Sequence record: PV400809.1
DNA: 64,000 bases
Reading direction: 5' to 3' (one strand)
The notes under the pieces were generated by a model, which saw only the letters and a list, made by a program, of their open reading frames with translations, made no database searches and was not told the DNA's origin. Position 1 is the stretch's first letter. Every line of letters begins with the position of its first letter. Positions 9,368-18,190 of this stretch are shown piece by piece. The translations under genes were made by a program, and so were the position numbers.

Positions 9368-11593
9368 TCACGGACCGGCGTTTGGGTCGGGTTTCGCATC
9401 CTTGATGTTCTCAACCTTGACACGTTTGACGGCCAGTTGGTTGATGAGACCTTTGTCGCTCAGCAGGTCTTCAGCATCTTCGATGACCAGAGAACCAATG
9501 ACCACGTTGAGCGGCCAGTGTTTGTAGCTCGGCAGGGTCATCACGACACCGAAGTCGCTGTTGTCACGCGTGATGTTACCCTGTACAACGACGTTCTCCT
9601 TCGATACCAGAACACCAATACCCGCCAGCGGGTTAATGGTTTCGTTGTTGGAATCGTTGGTCGGAACGATGTACATCTTACCGATCATGCTGTCGAAGTT
9701 GGTTTCAACCACTTTCAGGTTGTTGATCGGACCAATGGTCCGTGCATCACCCGAACGGAAGATGAAACGGCTCAAGTTCTGATGGACGACCACCGTCCAG
9801 GCGTTCTTGGTATTACCAGTGCTGTATTCTGCAATGGATGCCAAGCCGGACTTGGTGTTCAGGGCCGCAACGATATCGGCGATCTCGTTGGTAATGGCCG
9901 ATGCCACCGACACGAACACATCCGAAGAACTGTTAGCCGAGATCACATCAGACAGCTTGAAGCTACGGTTGATGGCGATCGGACTCACAAAGTGCTGACC
10001 CGCGAGCACTTCCGAACCTTGGTCGTTGGCAACCACCGGCTGACCAGTAATCGAGGTGACATACTCGATGTGCTTCTCAGCCGCTTGGAAAGCGTGAGCG
10101 GAGCACTGGTTGTTAATCACCACCGACATCTGGCTCAGTGCGAAGTCCAGGCTCGCCTGGTTGACGTCATCAGCCGAGATCGGGTATTTCACCGAGATCG
10201 GGGAACGACGTTTCACCGACAGGTGTTTCTTGGCATCGTACACTTCAATCCGATAACCGAAGTTACCGCGGTTGGTATTCGATACATTCTGGGTGGTAAT
10301 AGCGCCGATCAGTTTACCTTCGGTGAAGGAGCGCATCAGAGCCTTAACCGTGCTGTCAGCGAAACCGATCTTGGTGACCACACCGGTGGTGATGTTGCGA
10401 ACAGCGGTGATGGTCACAGTACCCGGTTGCAGGTTGAACTCGTTGGTCTGGCGTTGGTAGCTACCAGTCAGGCGGAAGGCCAGCAGCGGTTCGTAACCTG
10501 CGGACTTGAAGCTGGCGAAAATGGTTTCACCCACCACTTTGCCGTCTTTGTCGCTCACCGAGAAGCCCGGCAGTTGTTTGACTTGCAGGTTCAGTTGACG
10601 CTCATCGCTGGACTGGGTGTTGCCGCCCGGTGCGAAGGTGTTGTTCGACATGGCGCCGGTTTTGATGAAGAACGAAATATCGGTGCCGTCCAACTTACCG
10701 CTCGCGGCGATGAGAGACACGGAGATGGAGTTGGATTCGAGTTCGTCGGTGGAATTCCACGGACGTTGACCTGGCGCTTGGGTCAGGGCGAGCAGGTTCG
10801 GAATCGATACCGGAACCGCCAGCATTTGGGTTTCGTGCTCACCACGACCGTAGGCGTCACCTTGCGGGTATTTCACAGGACGCGGGGCGATGACACTGTC
10901 AGCAACGAAGAAGGCACGCTCTTCGCTCGCGGTATCTTCCGGGTAAACCGGGTAGACGGCCAGGGCTTCGTCTTTGAACATATCGCCGCTGCGGAGCAGG
11001 CCGAAGATCGGACGCAGTTCCGAAGCCGATTGCCACGGGGTGTTGCCGTACGCGTAGGTACCCAGACCCGCTGCACGAACGATCAGCTCGGCACCTTCGT
11101 CTTGATAACGCACACCGACGGTGGCGAACAGGGCTTCAGCGCCTTCGGTTTGAAGGTGGCTCTGGGCGTTCAGGGTCAGGTTGGCGGCACGGATCTCTTG
11201 CTCACGACCCTCGAAGTTCTGCATCGAGAAGCCTTCAGCACCTTCCACCTTGGCGAAGTTATCACCGGCTTCTTGGAAGATACGAACGCAGTCCATGGGG
11301 ATCAGGTCACGGCTCTTGCGTTCCAGGATACCTTGGACGATGTCGTAAGTAGCCGAGTTGAAGCCCGTGTGCAGGTCCAGGCCCTCGGTACCACTGACGT
11401 TCGGAAGCGAACGACCGATCAGACGGTTGACCAGAAAACCTTCCTGACCACCCGCACTCTGAAGAGTGCTACGGAAGTCTGCGAAGCTCTCGTTACCGGT
11501 GATGTTGGAAAGACTACCGGCTACCAGGGACTTGCAGACATCGCTGAAAAGATTGTTGTCTCCATTAATGGAGGTTCGTAGTTGCTTTGCCAT
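9368..11593 (-). CDS. major capsid protein (phiKZ gp120-like, 741 aa)
   Basis: size, synteny with DnaB/gp119/gp122/gp123, GxE propeptide sites followed by FSMQNF, strong codon bias; start moved to ATG at 11593 after AGGA SD. Confidence 0.9.
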   Translation of the reverse strand: MAKQLRTSINGDNNLFSDVCKSLVAGSLSNITGNESFADFRSTLQSAGGQEGFLVNRLIGRSLPNVSGTEGLDLHTGFNSATYDIVQGILERKSRDLIPMDCVRIFQEAGDNFAKVEGAEGFSMQNFEGREQEIRAANLTLNAQSHLQTEGAEALFATVGVRYQDEGAELIVRAAGLGTYAYGNTPWQSASELRPIFGLLRSGDMFKDEALAVYPVYPEDTASEERAFFVADSVIAPRPVKYPQGDAYGRGEHETQMLAVPVSIPNLLALTQAPGQRPWNSTDELESNSISVSLIAASGKLDGTDISFFIKTGAMSNNTFAPGGNTQSSDERQLNLQVKQLPGFSVSDKDGKVVGETIFASFKSAGYEPLLAFRLTGSYQRQTNEFNLQPGTVTITAVRNITTGVVTKIGFADSTVKALMRSFTEGKLIGAITTQNVSNTNRGNFGYRIEVYDAKKHLSVKRRSPISVKYPISADDVNQASLDFALSQMSVVINNQCSAHAFQAAEKHIEYVTSITGQPVVANDQGSEVLAGQHFVSPIAINRSFKLSDVISANSSSDVFVSVASAITNEIADIVAALNTKSGLASIAEYSTGNTKNAWTVVVHQNLSRFIFRSGDARTIGPINNLKVVETNFDSMIGKMYIVPTNDSNNETINPLAGIGVLVSKENVVVQGNITRDNSDFGVVMTLPSYKHWPLNVVIGSLVIEDAEDLLSDKGLINQLAVKRVKVENIKDAKPDPNAGP

Positions 11594-11651
11594 GGATATA
11601 AATCCTGTTCGAGATGAGTAACAAACATGTTTGTTGCGCAATAGAACTGCA

Positions 11652-11660
11652 CATAAAATG
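11652..11660 (-). promoter_or_regulatory. candidate late promoter CATTTTATG upstream of MCP
   Basis: TATG is the phiKZ nvRNAP late motif; the same 9-mer occurs at 39249-39257 upstream of the head operon. Confidence 0.5.
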
Positions 11661-11675
11661 TGCGCAGCCTTTTAA

Positions 11676-12221
11676 TCAGGGGTTTTGAAGGTGGATCAGC
11701 TTGAACACTTCAGCCAGAGTCAATTCCCCTAAACCTGCTTTCGGTACAGGACCGAAATGACTTTCCAAATAACCGACCCTTGCATAAAGTGTTTCCAATA
11801 CAGCGGTTGAGATTGTTTTGGCTTGAAGTTTCTCCCAGCTAGCGGTGGCTTTATGTTCCCCTACCTCGACTCCAATGAGAATCACTTGACCATTAACCGT
11901 CGATCGGAAATGATTGGCGGTACGAAGGAGGGTGGCTATTGCATCACTGTCCACCCCATTAAATGCTTCGGCTACCATCCCCGCATTATACCCATGACCA
12001 AAGTACGCCGTAGGGTCAGGCATTTCTACACCAAAGACTTTGGCCGCCGCATACTGTAAAGCTACAAAGTTAGCCATTTCACCAAAGGTGATCTTGTCAT
12101 GGTATGCAGAAATTTCTTTCAATCCACAGAGCGGGATGGATTGAGCCACCAGGGTGTCAACCAACTCCCCGGTTATCACATACAACTCGAACGGTAAACC
12201 GTTAGGGTATTTAAAAATCAT
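11676..12221 (-). CDS. phiKZ gp119-like virion protein (181 aa)
   Basis: ATG start; synteny between DnaB and MCP. Confidence 0.7.
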   Translation of the reverse strand: MIFKYPNGLPFELYVITGELVDTLVAQSIPLCGLKEISAYHDKITFGEMANFVALQYAAAKVFGVEMPDPTAYFGHGYNAGMVAEAFNGVDSDAIATLLRTANHFRSTVNGQVILIGVEVGEHKATASWEKLQAKTISTAVLETLYARVGYLESHFGPVPKAGLGELTLAEVFKLIHLQNP

Positions 12222-12246
12222 CTACTTTACACTCTCAGGGGTTAGC

Positions 12247-13779
12247 ATGAACGATTTGCTGGTGTTAGTAAAACTGTTATCAGCAATATATCAGGCCAAA
12301 AAACTAAAAGACACGAACCTGATCGAAGAACTGACAGACTTACTGGAAGAACTCCCAGCCCCAAATCCCGATGTGATGTCTCAAGACCGACGTGTCAGGG
12401 ACAGCATCCGGTCTTCAATTAGCTGGCTGCTAGACCAGTCTAATGACGATCCACTTATAAAATCGTTGCTGATGCAGCGGGTAGCGATCTTCTGCAAGAA
12501 TGATGACAGTCTCAGGGATGCGGTGAATGTTGGGTTGGAAGACCTGGAAACAGAGGAACTGTCTCGTCGTCTGGTGTATAAACAGATCACAGAGATTCGT
12601 TCCAGTATGGAAGATGAGGTCTTCGAGAAGCAGTTCAAGAAAGCTATGAAAGAAGTCCTGTACAAGGACCTCGTTGATACCAAACCCGAAGACTTTGCTA
12701 AACTGATTGATTTGATCCAAGAGCGGGTGAATAACGCGTATGGGGAACGTCAATCCGAAGTGGTGAGTTCCGTCAATACGGCTACACCGGAAAGTATGCT
12801 CGATATCATCGAGATGGCGAAGACGGAGAACAGTTCAGAAGGGATCATTAAAACCGGTATTCAAGGTCTTAATCAAGGATTGGAACCGGATGGAGGCTTA
12901 CGTCGAAGTAAGATGTACCTCCTAGAAGCCATGACGAACAGAGGTAAGTCTTTCGGTATGGCTCACCTGATTGCCTCAGCAGGGATGTACAACAAACCCA
13001 TGCTGCGGAATAAGGCTAAGATTCCAACGATCCTGTATGAATCGGCTGAGGATGCCATGGAACTGGTGATTCGTCGGATCTACAAGCTGGCAGTAACCAC
13101 CAAGTACAAAGAAGACCGGGACTTTCAGGTGACTGAAAGCATGGACATTGTAACTGCTATTGCGGATTGCTTCCGGAAGAATGGGTGGTACCTGGTGATT
13201 AACCAGATTGAAGCCCATAAAGACAATCGGGACAAGATGTTCGCTCGTGTACGGCAATTGGAACTCAAAGGCCATGAGATCATCCTGTACGGGTATGATT
13301 ACTTGGCGTTGCAGAATTTCGATAAACTCCCTGGGGAGAATAAGTCCGATAAACTTCAATTACTATTCCGTACTGTCCGGTCATTTATGATTGCCCGGGG
13401 TATTTGTTTCTTAACACCTCACCAGTTGAGTCCTGAAGCTAAGAAACTACTAAAAGAACTGGATGATGAGTCTGAGGTCTACTTCGCTCGGGAAGTCTCT
13501 GGTAAGTCAATGACAGAAACGTCTACGAAGATTACCAACGAAGTGGATGGTGTCATTACCATTCATGTGGCGAAGACGTCCATGAAGAATTACTTTACCT
13601 GTTCCATTGGTAAACAACGGGGTGAAGGGTGTTCACCTGAGAAGCGGTTCTTTATTTATGATCTTGATCCCGTGTTAGGGCTTGTACATGACATTAATGG
13701 TAAACCCGCCTTTAGACGGTCTTTGCAACAACGCTTTAATGAGAATGGTGATGTCGTGAAAGATTGGGACGCCATGTAA
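12247..13779 (+). CDS. dnaB: DnaB-like replicative helicase (phiKZ gp118-like, 510 aa)
   Basis: Walker A AMTNRGKS, Walker B-like ILYGYDYL, LTPHQLS motif, KQRG arginine finger; start at ATG 12247. Confidence 0.9.
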   Translation: MNDLLVLVKLLSAIYQAKKLKDTNLIEELTDLLEELPAPNPDVMSQDRRVRDSIRSSISWLLDQSNDDPLIKSLLMQRVAIFCKNDDSLRDAVNVGLEDLETEELSRRLVYKQITEIRSSMEDEVFEKQFKKAMKEVLYKDLVDTKPEDFAKLIDLIQERVNNAYGERQSEVVSSVNTATPESMLDIIEMAKTENSSEGIIKTGIQGLNQGLEPDGGLRRSKMYLLEAMTNRGKSFGMAHLIASAGMYNKPMLRNKAKIPTILYESAEDAMELVIRRIYKLAVTTKYKEDRDFQVTESMDIVTAIADCFRKNGWYLVINQIEAHKDNRDKMFARVRQLELKGHEIILYGYDYLALQNFDKLPGENKSDKLQLLFRTVRSFMIARGICFLTPHQLSPEAKKLLKELDDESEVYFAREVSGKSMTETSTKITNEVDGVITIHVAKTSMKNYFTCSIGKQRGEGCSPEKRFFIYDLDPVLGLVHDINGKPAFRRSLQQRFNENGDVVKDWDAM

Positions 13780-13799
13780 AGACAAAATGAATAATAGAC

Positions 13800-13835
13800 C
13801 CCCTACCCCCTAGCCTGAGAGCTAGGGGGTAGGGG
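13800..13835. terminator. 15-bp bidirectional hairpin between convergent genes
   Basis: CCCCTACCCCCTAGC-ctgaga-GCTAGGGGGTAGGGG. Confidence 0.8.
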
Positions 13836-13844
13836 TATGTCACG

Positions 13845-14204
13845 TTACATAACGCGATTACGGTAACCCTTTACTTTAAAGGGGCTTCCTTTACCTTTAA
13901 ACCAGTCCGTTGGAATGACCTTAACGTTCAAGGTGGGTTGTCCTTCCCAATGGGCTTTAAGGAACCGGTGCCAGCCATCAATGATCACCCACTCTCCTTC
14001 CCATTCCGTAATCAGCAACGGAAAGGAATAATCCGCTCGCTTAATCCGGTCCTTGTCCTCTTCAACGGCATGCGCCAGGAGCCATTCAAAGTCCTTTAAG
14101 GGAACCGTTTGAACGGGGAGTGTCTCACTTCGACGGAGGAAGTCGTTGAGGTGGTAGACTTTACCGTCATGAACGAACGTAGATCCATATTCCTGATACG
14201 CCAT
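13845..14204 (-). CDS. ParB/Sulfiredoxin-like single-domain protein (119 aa)
   Basis: FPLLITEWEGEWVIIDGWHRFLKA matches the ParB-N 'P(I/L)xV...IIDGxHR' motif. Confidence 0.75.
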   Translation of the reverse strand: MAYQEYGSTFVHDGKVYHLNDFLRRSETLPVQTVPLKDFEWLLAHAVEEDKDRIKRADYSFPLLITEWEGEWVIIDGWHRFLKAHWEGQPTLNVKVIPTDWFKGKGSPFKVKGYRNRVM

Positions 14205-14911
14205 TAGTCCCCCTTAATGGGTAGATCCATCCGAACAGTTCGAGTCGGTTGGGTGTAGTCTTCCAACAGGCCCATGAGCTGCTCCCGGAGACGATCCCAG
14301 CTCGGTTGAGTAATCGTTAGGTTATCCAACTTCAGTCGGATATTCCGAACCTCAGGGTCTGCGAAGACTTCCGTCAACGGGAAATACGCATAGTTCCGTC
14401 CTATTTTAAACCGAACCTTGTATTTCTCGTCAAAGAACTTCAAACTGTGATTCAACCGTTCCAGCAAGATACTCGCCACGTGTTCTTCCGGTAGAGACAG
14501 GTAATAATCCCCGTCTTGGGTAAAGACCAACCCTTCCTTATCGTGGAGGGTGACTTTACCGGCTTCTAATACGGCTTCAAACCGCCCGTCCTTGTTGTCG
14601 TGGAACATCAGGGTATGGGTGCTCCGTCCCATCTTCACCACCCGCTTATTGTGCTTATAGCACGCAATCACCACCAACAACGGTAACGTCTGGTAATCAT
14701 ACGAACGATCGCTTAGGTATTCCTCCACTTCCCCCTCGCTGGTTTCACGGATAATCACCAGGTGTTCAGCATACACGTCATACAACACCGATTCGTTATG
14801 ATCCAGCAACGTGGTAAAAAACCGTTTGGATTCACCGTTAATGAACAGACCGGTGTCATGTGTATGGGTTTTACCCAATAGGTCTTGTTCAAACACCACT
14901 TGGTAATGCAT
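14204..14911 (-). CDS. hypothetical early protein (235 aa)
   Basis: AGGAGA SD; directly downstream of a TATATTAC motif. Confidence 0.75.
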   Translation of the reverse strand: MHYQVVFEQDLLGKTHTHDTGLFINGESKRFFTTLLDHNESVLYDVYAEHLVIIRETSEGEVEEYLSDRSYDYQTLPLLVVIACYKHNKRVVKMGRSTHTLMFHDNKDGRFEAVLEAGKVTLHDKEGLVFTQDGDYYLSLPEEHVASILLERLNHSLKFFDEKYKVRFKIGRNYAYFPLTEVFADPEVRNIRLKLDNLTITQPSWDRLREQLMGLLEDYTQPTRTVRMDLPIKGD

Positions 14912-14953
14912 AAACCGAATCTCCTAAATGATCCATTGGGTATAATCACGACG

Positions 14954-14966
14954 GTAATATAGGTTT
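14954..14966 (-). promoter_or_regulatory. candidate early promoter AAACCTATATTAC
   Basis: exact phiKZ early consensus TATATTAC at 14954-14961, about 43 nt upstream of an ATG with strong SD. Confidence 0.75.
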
Positions 14967-15000
14967 GATTTCCCCTTTAGCTTAAATGCGGTATAACACC

Positions 15001-15027
15001 CCCTACCTAAGCTCAGCTTAGGTAGGG
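15001..15027 (-). terminator. 12-bp hairpin terminator
   Basis: CCCTACCTAAGC-tca-GCTTAGGTAGGG downstream of 15078-15518. Confidence 0.7.
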
Positions 15028-15077
15028 AGGTCAGTAATGGGGTAGTAAGTGGGTATACCAGTAAACATTTACTGTTT

Positions 15078-15518
15078 TCATGTCTCAAAGTCTACAGGGG
15101 GAGGAGCAGTCAGCAAGCGATCACCCGCATACACCGCCCCGTAATACCCGGGGCCTTCTTGATACAACGGTTCTGTCTTCGTAAAGGCTAAGAAGACATC
15201 TTCCAATCCGTCAGGGACTTTACACAACGGAGGATCAGTAGGGGGTTTATCTTGAAGTACTCTGTACGCTTCTGTAAGCTTCCAATAGAGCCGATTGTCC
15301 TTACCCGCCTCTACCGTACTCCTTTCTACCTGATCGCCTCGCCTAAGCGCTGCTAGACGCCTTACCAGCATCACAAACAACGCATCCGCCTTAGCAAAGG
15401 TAATCTTCGCCTCCCTTTCCAATAACCGTATCAATATCCCCGCATTCGTTTGATCCTCTACACTCACGTGTAAGAGATCAAATGTATTCTTAATTTCATT
15501 AACCCCACGATGCGTCAT
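15078..15518 (-). CDS. hypothetical protein (146 aa)
   Basis: ATGA overlap with the upstream gene. Confidence 0.65.
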   Translation of the reverse strand: MTHRGVNEIKNTFDLLHVSVEDQTNAGILIRLLEREAKITFAKADALFVMLVRRLAALRRGDQVERSTVEAGKDNRLYWKLTEAYRVLQDKPPTDPPLCKVPDGLEDVFLAFTKTEPLYQEGPGYYGAVYAGDRLLTAPPPVDFET

Positions 15519-15760
15519 TGTTTTTCTTTTCCTTTAACCGTGATGCGTTCACCAAGCAGACCGAGCACACGTTCGTCTTTGCCGTCGTCGAGACAGGGAA
15601 TGATATCAGGTAGAGGTTCAGTTGCCCGGAGGCGTTTTCGGATGAGTTTGAGCATTACAGGCCCGGGTATCTCGCTCGTCCGCGTAGTGCCGTACAAATG
15701 GTAACCTGCCAGTAAGTCTGCCAGTTGACGGTTACTGAAATGGTCGAAATCCCCAGTCAT
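15515..15760 (-). CDS. hypothetical protein (81 aa)
   Basis: GGAG SD before ATG at 15760. Confidence 0.6.
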   Translation of the reverse strand: MTGDFDHFSNRQLADLLAGYHLYGTTRTSEIPGPVMLKLIRKRLRATEPLPDIIPCLDDGKDERVLGLLGERITVKGKEKQ

Positions 15761-15790
15761 GGTATTTACTCCGGTAGTGAATCGGTAATG

Positions 15791-16110
15791 GCAGAGCAAT
15801 CTTCTCAGCTCTGCTTGCTGAATGTATTAATCAGAACGTGTTGGAATACTGATTAACCTACGGTTCTCTCTCCTTTTTCCTCATCCCCCTTCCGGGGGTA
15901 TAAGGGGGTATTCCCTCTCTTCCCTTTCTCTTCTCTCTCTGTATTCCGTATAGATCAAAAGAAAGATCTAAAGAGAATAGAGAAAGATCAAAAGAGAGAA
16001 CAAGGAAGTCGTAGTTACTCCGTAACTACTCCACTCTTTATTAGGAAATAAACCCCTTTCCCCACTGCTTGTCAGCCAGTTTACAATACAATAAATACAT
16101 TAAGTGATAA
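15791..16110. other. structured non-coding region with polypyrimidine/polypurine tracts and GATC repeats
   Basis: pure pyrimidine runs 15864-15882 and 15911-15940, purine-rich 15952-16008, AGATC(A/T)AAAG at 15952, 15964 and 15985, several hairpins. Confidence 0.6.
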
Positions 16111-16115
16111 ATTAC

Positions 16116-17459
16116 CTAAGGAGCATCAAATACCCTGTCATTCAAGAAGAGGGTTAAAGCAGAATGTTCCCTGAAGATAATATCTGGACTTTCCGTATCC
16201 TTCATGAGTTCAGTACGAGCACCAATCAAAGTACCCTCCTTGTACTTCAAGCGATCATCCCCACTCATAAAGAAGAACCGTACAGGCATACCCGGTTCTA
16301 GTAAGTCCCTGTTCGAGTTATTCCACTGGATCGTTTCCAATGTCCCATCATTGTAAGCATTCACGGATAAGTGCTTACAGAGGTTATTGGTAGGAGTCGG
16401 TTCAAAGGGTATAATCTCCTCCCCACTGCTCCGCTTAGCGGTTTGGTATTCGGAGAGGGAATCAGGACGGGTAGATGCTGACTGACCCTTAGCGTAGTAG
16501 TTGCCCACTTCACCCATGACCGCGTCCGAACTGATCAACCGTTTACCCGTACCCTCATTCTGACGGTCAATGTCAGCCCCATCCACATGTCGACCTGTAC
16601 CGGTTGCCAAGATCGTTGTAACCCGGTCTTGGGTAAAGTACGTGGCGTGGAGGGTAGGGACTGCATCAGGGGGTAGTCGATAAATACTCAGTACCCGTTT
16701 ACCGTTCTCATACCGACCGATCTTGAAGAGCGGGTAAATCATCCAAAGGCCTTTCTGGTAATACATCCCAAAGCCTTTGGTATAGATCCCAAACTCCTCA
16801 TGGGTCTGCATCCACATCCCTAACTGGGGTAAAGGCACCGCAGACGGTATATCGATCAACTTAAAGACCCGAGGGTTATCAATAGGGCGTTCAATGTCCA
16901 CCCCTCTAAAGGCATCCTTACCCGTCAACTGAAGTTGCTTACCGTATTTGGTGAGTTGGTAGTGGAGCGCGTCATCCAAGGTGGTCATTAAGTGTTTGTC
17001 AGACACCATCTCATTCTTCAGCAAAGCGTACCCCAGTTCAATCATCTGGAACTTAACCGTTATCAGGTTAATACTGTCCTTACCTTCCAGGTGAGCCAAA
17101 TGGACGCTGTTACCGGCCATCTCAGGGTTCGAGTCACTCAAGGGGATACACCGGAACCGACTCATGGTTTGATGAAGACCTTGGCGTTCGACCACTTCAA
17201 TAAAGAGATTGTCCTTATAGGGCAGGATTCGGTTCAGGTAAACCCCGGGTTGCAAGTTGCCCTGAATACGCCAGTCATCGGAACAGTTCGCTGAATACAT
17301 CGACAACCGAGCCATCCCCGTGGGGATAATCAGTTCAATCTGTTCAACCGGAGTAATGATCGTTGCAAACAGTCGGATCTTCTTATCCGACCGTTGCGTA
17401 TTCACCGAGTTTGCTAAGGCGATTAAGTTAGCTAATGGACGTGGTAATTCCATACTCAC
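16116..17459 (-). CDS. virion protein, probable baseplate hub (phiKZ gp101-like, 447 aa)
   Basis: synteny; C-terminal WNNSNRDLLEPGMPV motif. Confidence 0.65.
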   Translation of the reverse strand: MSMELPRPLANLIALANSVNTQRSDKKIRLFATIITPVEQIELIIPTGMARLSMYSANCSDDWRIQGNLQPGVYLNRILPYKDNLFIEVVERQGLHQTMSRFRCIPLSDSNPEMAGNSVHLAHLEGKDSINLITVKFQMIELGYALLKNEMVSDKHLMTTLDDALHYQLTKYGKQLQLTGKDAFRGVDIERPIDNPRVFKLIDIPSAVPLPQLGMWMQTHEEFGIYTKGFGMYYQKGLWMIYPLFKIGRYENGKRVLSIYRLPPDAVPTLHATYFTQDRVTTILATGTGRHVDGADIDRQNEGTGKRLISSDAVMGEVGNYYAKGQSASTRPDSLSEYQTAKRSSGEEIIPFEPTPTNNLCKHLSVNAYNDGTLETIQWNNSNRDLLEPGMPVRFFFMSGDDRLKYKEGTLIGARTELMKDTESPDIIFREHSALTLFLNDRVFDAP

Positions 17460-18190
17460 AGTAATCCTGTCGGTTTATTGAACAACCAAGGACCGAGATC
17501 CTCAGGTGTATCATGCGTGGCTAAACTATCCGCTACAGCTTTGTTCGTGATATACGGCTGTTCACTGAGTGAGAGACCCGGGTTCAACGTATCGTCCCCG
17601 AAGAGTTCATCCAAATGACTGACGAAACTGATCTCAGCTTTGGGGGTTCCCATGGCGTTGATACTAAACAGCGCTGACAACTGCATTAGGTTCCGTTTAT
17701 CGGTCTCTTGAACATCACCCCCCAGTTCCCGTAGTTTCTTCTTATCCAAGTACGGTTTAATCCGTTTGTAGAAGTTAAAGAGGGTATACGCCAGGAGTTC
17801 CAGCTTACGAAGTTCATCAATGGAGGGTGTTGGAAACTCCGGTGCTTTCTTAAAGAGTTCACACCAGAGACAAATGTACTCCTGAATGGATTCGTAGATC
17901 AACGGAATCACAATCTGAGGTTCCCTGAATCCCAAATCCTTCTCACTGGACAAGTTAGGCAGGATATCGATGATCCTGGGAACACTCATCCGTCGAACTT
18001 GGTATTCGTTGTAGTAATTCGGATCTCCAACGAACCCCTCCTGGGAGTATTCTTCCCGATCCCGGAGTTCTTCCAAACTCATGAGCATTGCGGGCGTTAC
18101 CCACACATCGAAGGACCGGTTATTCAGAATGTTGTAGAGTTCGATTAGTCGGGTGCGTATGGTGTTATACCGACTTAAGGGCATGCTCAT
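17456..18190 (-). CDS. conserved hypothetical protein (phiKZ gp100-like, 244 aa)
   Basis: ATGA-coupled between gp99-like and gp101-like genes. Confidence 0.65.
   Translation of the reverse strand: MSMPLSRYNTIRTRLIELYNILNNRSFDVWVTPAMLMSLEELRDREEYSQEGFVGDPNYYNEYQVRRMSVPRIIDILPNLSSEKDLGFREPQIVIPLIYESIQEYICLWCELFKKAPEFPTPSIDELRKLELLAYTLFNFYKRIKPYLDKKKLRELGGDVQETDKRNLMQLSALFSINAMGTPKAEISFVSHLDELFGDDTLNPGLSLSEQPYITNKAVADSLATHDTPEDLGPWLFNKPTGLL

Noticed and set aside
9281-11581. 766-aa plus-strand ORF antisense to MCP
   Set aside because: Mirrors the capsid gene codon for codon, has no good start or SD and no motifs; explained by codon bias in a highly expressed gene.
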